Part shown: one piece after another, positions 23,870 through 35,933 of the stretch
Numbering within the stretch: position 1 is the first letter of the stretch
How the letters are laid out: every line of letters begins with the position of its first letter
Assembly: GCF_001194135.2 (NCBI RefSeq)
Contig: NC_068982.1
Coordinates: 136,551,132 to 136,592,134 of the forward strand
DNA: 41,003 nt
Source: Octopus bimaculoides
Taxonomy: Eukaryota
Reading direction: 5' to 3'
The notes under the pieces: model-generated
What the model was told of the DNA's origin: nothing
Database searches by the model: none
What the model saw: the letters and a program-made list of their open reading frames with translations, nothing else
Position numbers and translations under genes: made by a program

Positions 23870-23985
23870 ATAATAAAAGAAAAAATGGAATAAGAAGGTA
23901 ACAGGCGACAACAAAACATCCAGACAGTTAGACGATACAAAAAAAAAAGGACAGGAGAAAACAAGACATGAGCTTCTTATCCTGG
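23870..23985 (+). repeat. Unclassified repeat family E, fragment
   Basis: AAAAAATGGAATAAGAAGGTAACAGGCGACAACAAAACATCCAGACAGTTAGACGATACAA, collinear with 23113-23175. Confidence 0.7.
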
Positions 23986-23992
23986 CGAGCTT

Positions 23993-24133
23993 TTTTCGGT
24001 TCCATCTACCAATCCCACTCACACAACGTTGGTCGGCCCGAGGCTTTAAGAGAAGACACTTACTCAAAATGCCACGCAGACGGATTGAACCTGGAAACAT
24101 GTGGTTGGGAATTAAGCTTCTTACTACGCAACC
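23993..24133 (-). mobile_element. SINE family B 5' fragment (head plus CORE-like domain)
   Basis: TTGGTCGGCCCGAGGCT...AGAAGACA...TGCCACGCA..GATTGAACC, collinear with 20530-20620. Confidence 0.7.
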
Positions 24134-24178
24134 CCTCCTTTGTTGTAGTTGTTGTTTTTACTTTCGATTGATTGACAG

Positions 24179-24214
24179 GATATGAAACATGGCTCTATCT
24201 TTCTGATTCAGAAA
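24179..24214 (+). CDS. Candidate 36-nt internal exon (GYETWLYLSDSE or DMKHGSIFLIQK)
   Basis: Acceptor TTTTTACTTTCGATTGATTGACAG and donor AAA|GTAAGG, with two open frames. Its linkage to the other exons is not established. Confidence 0.28.
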
Positions 24215-25678
24215 GTAAGGCCAAGATCATGGAATGGTGACACACTTCTTTTCCAAGGTCTAACAAGTTCATAAGCCAGGGATCACCAGGGTAACTGTTT
24301 TGCAAGGGCAATAAATGTGTTATATTCATTGTTTTTTCGTTTTGTACCACAACAGCAAGCAGTATATTGAGGTACTAAAAATCTTTGCGAAGCGATTATA
24401 AATCGAACCAAAATCTGAAAATTATTCTCATTAACAATGTCAATGCATGAGCATACTCATTTTTGGTAACAAATCAAACTTTCAGCAACCTCGATTGATC
24501 AGTGGTCCCACCCCGACACACGCACAGAAACATACACACCATCCATTGAACAGACTAAATCTGGTATTCTCTATCTTCTATTTTCGATCCAATGAAGTAT
24601 AGTATTCGGAGTCAGCGGTGTCATGAGAGGAATTCGATGAAAGTGACTATGAATAGGTTACAGCAGTGTTCACCTGAATTATTAAAAGCAGGTTTCAAGA
24701 CTTGTGGGCCACAAATTAGGCGAATACATCTTTCGTGATCGAGAATATGTTAAATAACAACTTTAAATTGACGAAGAGTTACTCTGATAAAATGTGCAAT
24801 CAATTTGATTGAATGTATACACACAAGAATCAGATGAAGGAAATATGGTTTGTCATTCCCCCAAAATTCTATATAAGTACCTAAATATGATTTCTGATGA
24901 AGTTTTAAGAAGCAATACACGCTTTCTCCTATCAAATACTGTCTACAAATTCTTTCTTTATATATGCTTCTATACAATCATGATTTTTGATGAACTTATA
25001 AATAATTATGACTTTATTTTGCTACATATTTTGAACACTGTTATGTAAATTGTTTAACCAAAAAGCTTCTCTTAACATTTTCTTATCGTTGTCAAAGACT
25101 ATCACTGTATTTTAATACNNNNNNNNNNNNNNNNNNNNNNNNNNNNNNNNNNNNNNNNNNNNNNNNNNNNNNNNNNNNNNNNNNNNNNNNNNNNNNNNNN
25201 NNNNNNNNNNNNNNNNNNNNNNNNNNNNNNNNNNNNNNNNNNNNNNNNNNNNNNNNNNNNNNTGTATAAATGCATATACATGCATACAGACGTGCAAATA
25301 TACACGCCTGATGTGTTATGTATGTGTTAACGTATAATATATAAATATTCACATATATATGAATGTGCGTTAATTTATTTAATGATAAATTACTCTTGAA
25401 GGATTATACAATATATGACTGGGGAATTCATTGGGGAATCATGGTAATAAATTTTCGAGAAACGCAACCCTATTTATCATATAAGGCTCACTTAATTAAT
25501 ACATGTATATGCCTTTATCGAGTACCTTGCATTAATTCCGGTCCTCTCCGTTTGTAAAAGCATATGTAGCGGCAAATATGTGTGTGTGTGCGTGTGAGTG
25601 TGTAGTATGAATTCGTGTATGTATATGTGTATACATATGCATACATACATAGATATATACATACATGCATACATACGT

Positions 25679-25715
<37 letters not shown>

Positions 25716-28289
25716 NNNNNNNNNNNNNNNNNNNNNNNNNNNNNNNNNNNNNNNNNNNNNNNNNNNNNNNNNNNNNNNNNNNNNNNNNNNNNNNNNNNNN
25801 NNNNNNNNNNNNNNNNNNNNNNNNNNNNNNNNNNNNNNNNNNNNNNNNNNNNNNNNNNNNNNNNNNNNNNNNNNNNNNNNNNNNNNNNNNNNNNNNNNNN
25901 NNNNNNNNNNNNNNNNNNNNNNNNNNNNNNNNNNNNNNNNNNNNNNNNNNNNNNNNNNNNNNATATATATATATATATATACATATACATACGCTACATA
26001 CTGTGAGAGAGGAAGAGACGTAGAAAGACAGAGAGACAGAGAGACAAATAGGTAGGAGAAAGAGAGAGTATAGGTCTCTGTAGTGAATCATACGACCATT
26101 TTGTATTATATGCACTTTTTAACATTTGAGCTTAGCATGAATGTATTAGTTTCTTCATTTTTATAGTTTTCAAGTCACTGTGACCTATGTTTGCATTCGT
26201 TAATACTTAGCCTTTGGGAATCTAGTAAACTAACCTGATAGTCTCATTATTTCTCTTATATGAGACCTTATTAGTGTTTCTTAGTATCTTACAATGCAGA
26301 AAATGAGTTGACCCTCATTCTCTGTTCTAATGTCAGATATAATATGCTTAATGCACTAGATTTCATTTACCTTCATTTACCATTTGTAAACGAGTGCACA
26401 CTCATACACTTACATACACAGAAGCATAGTCACATACATATATACCAGAAACATACGGACATACCAGAAGCGGACACGCATACCACAAGCGTACACACAT
26501 GGCGGAAGCATATACACAAATATGCTAACACACACATAAACACCATCATCACGCAACACATCGCTTATACACGCATTGCCAATGTTTTCACCTGTTTATC
26601 TACCATTAAAGTTTAGGAAAGAATATGCCATTCGTACAACAAATAGTGTACGTCACGTCTCTAAACGTAAGCAAAATCTCTTTGAGTGGTTTTATAAATT
26701 ACAGTCTGAACACCGGAAACAAACATTGTTGTTTTAAAAGGAGAGACCCGTGTTATGATATGTTTTAATTATAACCAGCTGTGGCGATGTCAAACAGAGA
26801 TATACAAACTAAATACACAAACGAAACTTGCAAAAACGAACAAATACAAATAAGAGAGCACAATATAGAAAAGAAGAAATAAAAAGATTTTAATGTTATT
26901 TGGGTTTCCATTACGAATGTATTAAAGGAATTTAGTACTTGCGTAGGTAGACCTATTGAAGTATATGATAACTCAGCAGTGGTAAAAACAATTGTAAAGC
27001 AATACCGTAAACAGGTTCCATACTACTTTATCTAAAGCGAGCTGATCTTTCTTTTATAGTCTATTGGGATTTCATTGTTTTTATTTTACAGCCATTTTAA
27101 CTGGAATAACTAGTCAATGGAAAGAAAACAGCCAAGACAGTATTACATGAGAACAAAACAGCAGAAAAGTTGGCTTTCAAACAAAAGAGGAATTTATCTT
27201 ACATGACATTTTTATTACTTCCCCTATTTCGATTATTTATTTATTTATTATTTCTTTTTGAGCTAATATAACAATGTACTTAAGAGAAAAGAACGTGTTA
27301 TGTAATAATCCTTTCTTAAATTATACGAGAAATAAGAATGAGTAGTTCTAACATTGTTTATATATTTTTTTTGTTACTTAGATCTATTTCCTTATATATT
27401 CTTTCGACCGTTAATTTTCGTAAACATTTCTTGAAAAACAGTGCTGTATCTATGTCTGTTTTACAAGTCATGACCATAAACTATACCAGACACTTTGGAG
27501 ACAGCTGCCAACTTCAGCATTTTGTTACCAATTATGTTATACAACCGAATTATTGATTGTTTTCGTTTTTTTAATACAAGCACAAGATTTTTGCAGATTT
27601 GTAGAAGAAAAATAGGATTATATAACATTTATGTTATTTCGAAGACTAATTTCTACCACTGAAATACGTGGCTCCAAACACGATTTTAAATCTGCTCATC
27701 TTGGCAAACTAGTAATCTACAATGACTATATCGAACTTGAAATTACCTTGAAATAATCAATAAGGAATTAGCGATATATTTCAAACAAACCTTTGGCCAG
27801 CAACATTTAATATGTGACGACCATACTTTTTGTTAAATCATTCCTGACTCCATTTAGTAAGTCACAATATTTTTGTCTTCTAAACACTTGACAGGATGTA
27901 TTTAGTACTTGTTTAAAAGAAACTTTCAATCCCATTTTAACAAATTTCATGATTTAAAAAATAAGTATCGCACAAATTCAACCCAGACTAGAAATGCAAC
28001 GCACTCTTCTTTGGCCGGGAGTTACTCTTTTCCATTACAGCTCGGATTACAAGACGATGCATTTTCTTTTCCACTATAGGAAAGTCTATTTTTGTAAAAC
28101 AGTGCTTTATGTAACGGCTTTATATCCTCAGATAGCTTACATATATCCTAAGATAGCTTACATTTATCACTATGTAAATCTAAGCCTTAGTAATGCATTG
28201 CACATTACTATCATATGAGAGAGTGCTGTAATAGCCGAAACACTAACTCCAGGATAAAATTCTGACTGGTTTAATCATTGTTTCTACAG

Positions 28290-28396
28290 ATATATATTGA
28301 ACCTGAATGTTTATGTGTCAAAGAAATGCCAACATTAGAAAGACTGCGAATGGAAGTTGAATTTACACTGCAAATTCTTGATGCAGAGAACAGAAG
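28290..28396 (+). CDS. Candidate 107-nt coding exon, IYIEPECLCVKEMPTLERLRMEVEFTLQILDAENR, MATH/TRAF-domain-like
   Basis: Acceptor CATTGTTTCTACAG, donor AAG|GTAAAT, open frame (phase 0 to 2), protein-like composition within AT-rich flanks. EVEFTLQILDA resembles SPOP RAKFKFSILNA by eye. Confidence 0.55.
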
Positions 28397-29261
28397 GTAA
28401 ATCATACGGTTCTATTTTTATTTCTCACCCTTAAATTAAGTAATACTACGCAATTAGTAAATAATTTCTTGAGCCCGAAAAAGTATGTCATATGTAATTT
28501 TGCATCTAATAAGCACTAAACAATTACCCATGAAATCACAAGCTATCGTGTTAATTATCAATCGCATAACTTAATATGATCATAGACACATCTTTTCAGA
28601 TATTTTCTTAAAAATATGATGGGCAAAGCCGGGTCATATTTGAATATTTGAATAGAGTTCTCTCAGTGCCTACACAGCATGAAGAAGATTTTTGAAAAGG
28701 ATTAAGAATTTGCAAAAGTAATTTTCTGACAGTAATGTGCAATGCATTACTAAAGTTTAGATTTATATTGTGATCAATGACTCGCACTGTATGTGTCTAA
28801 TATACTGTTTTTATCATGCGTGGATTTTGACCAACAAGCAAATATTTTGCCAACATGAAACAACAGAGATTTCTCCTATGATAAAATAAGTGTTGAATGA
28901 AAACATTGAACCTGCCAAACAATTGAAAATAAAAGGAAAGCCTTTGTATCACACCTAAAAGTGTTCTTTCTATTTACACTAATATTATTTCTATTTATTA
29001 CTTATTTTTTTTAATTTCCAAACTCACTGGTATATTCTCACAAAGGATAAAAAAGAAAGGAAATTTCTTAAAAGTTTTGAAAGTTTATATGTAAAAACAA
29101 TTTTTCTTCTGTAGAAAATCAGTATAGTCGTAAGAAATGAAATACCAATATCAAAAACAAAGAAACCCACCTATAAACCGTTTAAAATCTAAATATGAGA
29201 TTTAAATCTGACAAAGATTCCCTGATAAGGGTTATATTATAGTCTATGTATATTTTTATTA

Positions 29262-29355
29262 TTTTCATCTTATTTATGTTCGTTGAAATAATTCGATGGC
29301 GACCACGTCGAGGAACCGCTTGAAAGATTTATTTGGACAAATCGAGTCTGGTACA
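29262..29355 (-). mobile_element. Old family B SINE tail fragment
   Basis: Minus strand GTACCAGACTCGATTTGTCC...TCAAGCGGTTCCTCGACGTGGTCGC resembles GGGGTCGATTTG...AGGCGGTGCTCCAGCATGGCC. Confidence 0.45.
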
Positions 29356-29904
29356 AATTTAAGCCATGTAGTTATTCATTCCATTAGTCTCTTTTTTTCT
29401 GAATCGTTAAGTTGTGATGGGGACATAATAAAAGTAACACCAGTTATCGACATTTGAGGAAAAAAACAAACACAATGATGCATATGCATACGCAAACATG
29501 TCGTTCTCCCTCTCTTTCTCTGTCTCTTTATATATATATATATNNNNNNNNNNNNNNNNNNNNNNNNNNNNNNNNNNNNNNNNNNNNNNNNNNNNNNNNN
29601 NNNNNNNNNNNNNNNNNNNNNNNNNNNNNNNNNNNNNNNNNNNNNNNNNNNNNNNNNNNNNNNNNNNNNNNNNNNNNNNNNNNNNNNNNNNNNNNNNNNN
29701 NNNNNNNNNNNNNNNNNNNNNNNNNNNNNNNNNNNNNNNNNNNNNNNNNNNNNNNNNNNNNNNNNNNNNNNNNNNNNNNNNNNNNNNNNNNNNNNNNNNN
29801 NNNNNNNNNNNNNNNNNNNNNNNNNNNNNNNNNNNNNNNNNNNNNNNNNNNNNNNNNNNNNNNNNNATGTGTGTGTGTGTGTGTGTATGTGTGTGTGTGT
29901 GTGT

Positions 29905-30070
29905 GTGAGCATGTGTGTCTTTGGATTCTGTTCTAAAAATAGCTACAGGTCTATTTTCGACGATAATGGCTAGTAGCAGTACTGAAGAACTAGATCATGC
30001 TACTATTCACCCTTAATGGAATTAACATCAGCTTTTTTTAAAGGTTGTCTGTCACTCTTCTCCCTACTCA
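29905..30070 (+). repeat. Unclassified interspersed repeat, copy 2
   Basis: Homologous to the reverse complement of 9560-9735. Both copies abut a (CA)/(GT) tract. Confidence 0.8.
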
Positions 30071-31269
30071 CTTGTCAGATAAATAAAACAAAAAAAATTA
30101 AATACATAAATCAAAATCTATTTACTTAACTTCTACTTATCTAATTGTGATAAATTCAACTTTTATTAGTAGTATAATTATTTATTTTATTTACATAGAA
30201 TTATTTGTCTTATTTATTGGTAGTTTAGGTAATTATATTTATTGGTAGTTTGGGTAATTATATTTTGTTAAATTAATTTGTATATATTTTAANNNNNNNN
30301 NNNNNNNNNNNNNNNNNNNNNNNNNNNNNNNNNNNNNNNNNNNNNNNNNNNNNNNNNNNNNNNNNNNNNNNNNNNNNNNNNNNNNNNNNNNNNNNNNNNN
30401 NNNNNNNNNNNNNNNNNNNNNNNNNNNNNNNNTATTGGTAGTTTGGGTAATTATATTTTGTTAAATTAATTTGTATATATTTTAAAGGGGGTACGATTTA
30501 CTATGTATCATATGTCTGGAATTAGATTATTTTCAAATTGTGAGAGTACAATTGCCTTTAAGATTTGTTCCTATGTTTATTTGAATTTTATCATTCATTA
30601 AAATAAACATAGGAACACATAGGACGTTCGGTCAAAACCAGAACAATATACTATATCAAATATTAAAACAAAGAAGCTTTAATTCAACAGTCATTAAAAA
30701 AAAAGCCAACTTAAGTTTGTAAGCAAAGCAACACTTTCTGTCAGTAGTATCCCATAAGCTTGAGGAAACGTTGTGTTGCAGACCAAAACGTGTTATTGTA
30801 GTCTGAAATGAGATATTGTAGCATATATAATTTCAATTGATATAATAATACTACTTCCTGATTACTTTCTGCATATCCTAACAAATAATCACAGTTTTCC
30901 CTTGGGGTACAGCCAACATTACCGATTCTATTAATAACTGACTTGGTTTCTCTGTAGAGATAAAATGCGAAACCAATTCTGACAAAATTTCAACAAAGGA
31001 AGTGGACTAATTCAGTGCTTAACTGGTGTTATTCCGATACCTGTCTTTGATTTTCTACTGTAATTCTAAAGGAAATGAACACTTCATTATTTTTTACTGA
31101 ATAATAGGCTTTGATGTTTGTAATATTTGGCAATATCGAATTTTGTAAAATAATTAAAACCACCCAGACGTATCTGTAAAACTAAAATTATGTTATGAAG
31201 AGTTATGTACTAATTAATCTCAGATGGAAACCAATCGCTTCGTTGAACATAGCATCAACGATTTTACAG

Positions 31270-31350
31270 ATGCCACACAACTCCACTCGTATCGCGGTCA
31301 AATGAATTCGCAAACGTGTCACATTTGCGATTAAAAAATTTTGTCTGGAG
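31270..31350 (+). CDS. Candidate 81-nt coding exon, (R)CHTTPLVSRSNEFANVSHLRLKNFVW
   Basis: Acceptor CGATTTTACAG, donor GAG|GTATTT, phase 2 to 2, in frame with exon 28290-28396. RSNEF...LKNFV resembles SPOP RAYRF...FKKFI by eye. Confidence 0.45.
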
Positions 31351-32008
31351 GTATTTAACCATGATACTGAATAATTGCGTTTGCTATATTCATTAACATT
31401 GCATTACTACAGAAAATTTACATAGGTACGATTGCGCGACGTGAACACAAGAGACATATATATGTGTGTGTGTGTGTGTNNNNNNNNNNNNNNNNNNNNN
31501 NNNNNNNNNNNNNNNNNNNNNNNNNNNNNNNNNNNNNNNNNNNNNNNNNNNNNNNNNNNNNNNNNNNNNNNNNNNNNNNNNNNNNNNNNNNNNNNNNNNN
31601 NNNNNNNNNNNNNNNNNNNNNNNNNNNNNNNNNNNNNNNNNNNNNNNNNNNNNNNNNNNNNNNNNNNNNNNNNNNNNNNNNNNNNNNNNNNNNNNNNNNN
31701 NNNNNNNNNNNNNNNNNNNNNNNNNNNNNNNNNNNNNNNNNNNNNNNNNNNNNNNNNNNNNNNNNNNNNNNNNNNNNNNNNNNNNNNNNNNNNNNNNNNN
31801 NNNNNNNNNNNNNNNNNNNNNNNNNNNNNNNNNNNNNNNNNNNNNNNNNNNNNNNNNNNNNNNNNNNNNNNNNNNNNNNNNNNNNNNNNNNNNNNNNNNN
31901 NNNNNNNNNNNNNNNNNNNNNNNNNNNNNNNNNNNNNNNNNNNNNNNNNNNNNNNNNNNNNNATTGAATTTAATTGAGTTTTTACCTGTAAATTTGGATT
32001 TTTATCCC

Positions 32009-32065
<57 letters not shown>

Positions 32066-32075
32066 CATTATTATT
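32009..32075. repeat. (TAT)n microsatellite
   Basis: Read directly from the sequence. Confidence 0.97.
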
Positions 32076-32175
32076 CTTCTTATTATGATATATATATTTC
32101 TGGTGGCCCTCTCAAACATGCCCCCCGCGGTACAGTCAGCCAATCTCACCAGTTATACATACGGCAAAAAAAAAA

Positions 32176-33124
32176 ATCGCAGGCAGGTAGGAACCCAGAG
32201 GATATCATAAAACTGCAGAAAGATCTGAATTAAATATACAAAAACGCTAACAAAAATAACAGACAATTCAATGCTATGAAATTTCAGGCACTCCACTATC
32301 GGCCCAGCACCAGGCTAAAATCGGAATACAGTGGACCAGAAGGTAATATTGACCCGAGTCAAAGTCGGTGCGTAGCCTGTGGTTTCAATGAGCAATGATG
32401 CAATATTCCATGTGCATATTACCAAGATGGCAACACTGTGGAGACGAGTGGCTGAATGGATTCTGAAGATATTCAGAACCAGGAAAATGGAGGCACTGCT
32501 ACTCCTATGGAGGACTTACGTTCTCATCTGCTTGAACTACTGCACCTAACAATGATCCCCAGAGAGTGTGAAACAAACTGTGGACCTCGAAGCAATCCAG
32601 CGCCAATATACAAAGAAGATTGACTCGATGCAAAAGATGGGTTTCTGGGAGAGGCTAAAGGAGCTGAGTCTCTATTCCCTGGAGAGAAGACGAGGTAGAT
32701 ATGCGGTGATATATAGTTGGAAGATCTTAGAGGTTTTAACTCCTAATTTTGGAATTGACAGTTATACCAATCCTCGAACTGGATGACAGGGCTTCATCCC
32801 AAAGATCCCGTCTTCCCCATCTAAAATGAGGACACAGTACTGAAATAGTCTGGGTTTCAAGGGTCTACATTTGTTCGACATCCTGCCTGGCAACCTTAGA
32901 GACCTAAATGGTGTTGATGTGGAAGTTTTCAATGAAGATCTGGACAGGTTTCTATCTGAGATACCAGATGAACCCACATGACGACAGGAGACACAAAGAA
33001 GAACAGCTGTATCCAGATAGCTACTTCACCAAAAGCAATACTGGAAACAACACCGAGTAACTACAGGTGATAACAGCAGTATGCATCAGCCCTGGGCTGA
33101 AACCAGCATGACAAAAAACATAGA

Positions 33125-33126
<2 letters not shown>
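32176..33126 (+). mobile_element. CR1/L2-group LINE, 5'-truncated (end of RT, C-terminal domain and 3' tail)
   Basis: EDIIKLQKDLN*IY...QFNAMKFQALHY, DLEAIQRQYTKKI, FWERLKELSLYSLERRRGRYAVIYSWKIL, LFDILPGNLRDL, DLDRFLSEIPDEP; tail stem-loop CAGCCCTGGGCTGAAAC at 33087-33103. Confidence 0.92.
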
Positions 33127-33169
<43 letters not shown>

Positions 33170-34037
33170 CATATACATATACNNNNNNNNNNNNNNNNNN
33201 NNNNNNNNNNNNNNNNNNNNNNNNNNNNNNNNNNNNNNNNNNNNNNNNNNNNNNNNNNNNNNNNNNNNNNNNNNNNNNNNNNNNNNNNNNNNNNNNNNNN
33301 NNNNNNNNNNNNNNNNNNNNNNNNNNNNNNNNNNNNNNNNNNNNNNNNNNNNNNNNNNNNNNNNNNNNNNNNNNNNNNNNNNNNNNNNNNNNNNNNNNNN
33401 NNNNNNNNNNNNNNNNNNNNNNNNNNNNNNNNNNNNNNNNNNNNNNNNNNNNNNNNNNNNNNNNNNNNNNNNNNNNNNNNNNNNNNNNNNNNNNNNNNNN
33501 NNNNNNNNNNNNNNNNNNNNNNNNNNNNNNNNNNNNNNNNNNNNNNNNNNNNNNNNNNNNNNNNNNNNNNNNNNNNNNNNNNNNNNNNNNNNNNNNNNNN
33601 NNNNNNNNNNNNNNNNNNNNNNNNNNNNNNNNNNNNNNNNNNNNNNNNNNNNNNNNNNNNNNNNNNNNNNNNNNNNNNNNNNNNNNNNNNNNNNNNNNNN
33701 NNNNNNNNNNNNNNNNNNNNNNNNNNNNNNNNNNNNNNNNNNNNNNNNNNNNNNNNNNNNNNNNNNNNNNNNNNNNNNNNNNNNNNNNNNNNNNNNNNNN
33801 NNNNNNNNNNNNNNNNNNNNNNNNNNNNNNNNNNNNNNNNNNNNNNNNNNNNNNNNNNNNNNNNNNNNNNNNNNNNNNNNNNNNNNNNNNNNNNNNNNNN
33901 NNNNNNNNNNNNNNNNNNNNNNNNNNNNNNNNNNNNNNNNNNNNNNNNNNNNNNNNNNNNNNNNNNNNNNNNNNNNNNNNNNNNNNNNNNNNNNNNNNNN
34001 NNNNNNNNNNNNNNNNNNNNNNNNNNNNNNNNNNNNN

Positions 34038-34127
34038 AATAAGTCCTGGGGTCGATTTGCTCGACTAAAGGCGGTGATCCAGCATGGCCACAGTCAAATG
34101 ACTGAAACAAGTAAAAGAGTAAAAGAG
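34038..34127 (+). mobile_element. SINE family B 3' tail emerging from the gap
   Basis: AATAAGTCCTGGGGTCGAT...GGCGGTGATCCAGCATGGCCACAGTCAAATGACTGAAACAAGTAAAAGAGTAAAAGAG. Confidence 0.9.
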
Positions 34128-34179
<52 letters not shown>

Positions 34180-34479
34180 TATAATATTTCACTTAGGTAT
34201 AGCCATACTAATTACCTGGCGTTAGAACTTATGATATTCATGCTTCAGAATAAAGTGTCGGTTGAGTACTGAACAGTAATAAGAAATCATGTCAGAAAAT
34301 TTATTTTCTTACAGTTGTTTCTGCTATTAGATGTATTGCACTCATAGTTGAATGCTTGTGTAATACCCTACAGCGTCGTCGGAGCTCTGAACATGAAGTG
34401 CTATTTTATTTGGGAAATAAAACTTAGAGCAAACTTCTCTCTTACAGAGAAAAGCATTACCAACGAAAAAGCATAAACG

Positions 34480-34712
34480 AAGAACCTGAAAGACCTGCAT
34501 GGAGTGGATGTAGGTATCTTCAAAATAAAGCTGGACCTCTTCCTGTCAAGTGTCTCAGATGAACTAACTTCGCGGCAGGAGGTGCAGATGAGGGCAGCTG
34601 CATCAAACTCTTTTATGTATCAAATGTCAATTCCTGAAGTAAAATTCGTGAAGTAAAATTATGTAGCAACACCAAATAGGGGTGCCCCAGCATGGCCACA
34701 GCTCATGAGCTG
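34480..34712 (+). mobile_element. 3' end of a LINE related to 32176-33126
   Basis: NLKDLHGVDVGIFKIKLDLFLSSVSDELTSRQEVQMRAAASNS aligns to NLRDLNGVDVEVFNEDLDRFLSEIPDEPT. The tail reads GGTGCCCCAGCATGGCCACAGCTCATGAGCTG. Confidence 0.85.
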
Positions 34713-34722
34713 NNNNNNNNNN

Positions 34723-34789
<67 letters not shown>
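34723..34789. repeat. (GT)n microsatellite
   Basis: Read directly from the sequence. Confidence 0.97.
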
Positions 34790-35524
34790 AGTAAGCATAG
34801 GTATATGAAGAACTCCTATGAAAAGAAGTAAAAATGGCATAAAGAAGACAAGTAAAAATATGTCCTTGGAGCAGAGATATGTTGAAAGAGACAGGATCCA
34901 GAACCCCCAAGAAAAAAGAGAAAATGAAACAGAGTAAAGTAGAGAAAAAAGGGAAAGGGATGCAGAAAAGCGTTTATGAAGGTGCATTAATACATTTCTG
35001 CATAAGGTTCTTAGGCAGATTGACCAATTGGTGAATCAAAGGGTATTCCATTTCAATGGTTCTACTAAATACCTATCAATGAGTGTTACTAATCTTAAGA
35101 AAAGAAATAATTACCTCTAAACATTAAGAACGATTGTATATTGTAATATGCTAGTGGTATCCTAGCAAAAGACATAAAATGAAACGCTTTTAGCCAGACA
35201 TCGAAACAGCTACTCACCATGTATTTACTACAATGCTTGTTCAATGCCAGAAAGAATGACAACTATGCTGTAAAGATAGATTAATGATGTTTGAAATATA
35301 ATAAATTGCCGAAGCACATTTCAGAAAAGTAAACGCCAATGTGAAACATTATATCATCGTAATCTAATAAATAATCTTCAGTTAAATATTCCAATTTATT
35401 GTTCGCCTCGACTGCTATAAAAACACGTCAAGTGTATTGGTAATAAGTAAAAACAGGGGTGTTAGTTTCATGTGTCTACAGTGTCATATAGCTGTATATC
35501 TATGCGTCTAAAGTCTGACGTAAT

Positions 35525-35577
35525 ATATATGTATGTGTGCGTGTGTGTGCGTGTGTACGTCCGTGTGTGTTATATAC

Positions 35578-35618
<41 letters not shown>

Positions 35619-35852
35619 CATATATATATATGTATACATATATGTATACATATACACGTATATACATATGACATATGGTGTCATTTGTATGTCTGCCATG
35701 ATATTGTTGACAAAGTATTGAAAATGAAAGCAAAAAACAACGTGTTATACTCGAATATTCTATCGATATATTTCTTCTAACTTTTATAGTCAAACCAATA
35801 TCACATATTGTTTAGAGTGTAATGTACATGTACATATATACATACATACACA

Positions 35853-35933
<81 letters not shown>
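35525..35933. repeat. Two compound (TG)/(TA)/(CA) microsatellite tracts (35525-35670 and 35830-35933)
   Basis: Read directly from the sequence. Confidence 0.92.

Larger units (their letters stand above)
10236..34722. other. Assembly gaps (N runs)
   Basis: 10236-10706, 12509-12518, 21494-21794, 22886-23055, 25119-25262, 25716-25962, 29544-29866, 30293-30432, 31480-31962, 33183-34037, 34713-34722. Confidence 0.98.

Noticed and set aside
30728-30779. GCAACAC...GAAACGTTGTGTTGC, resembling hammerhead stems I and III
   Set aside because: It has a perfect 7-bp stem and GAAACGTT, but no CUGANGA box between them.
10076-34184. Long ORFs containing poly-X and YI/HT/CV repeats
   Set aside because: They are open only because they cross N-gaps and microsatellites; they are not evidence of coding.
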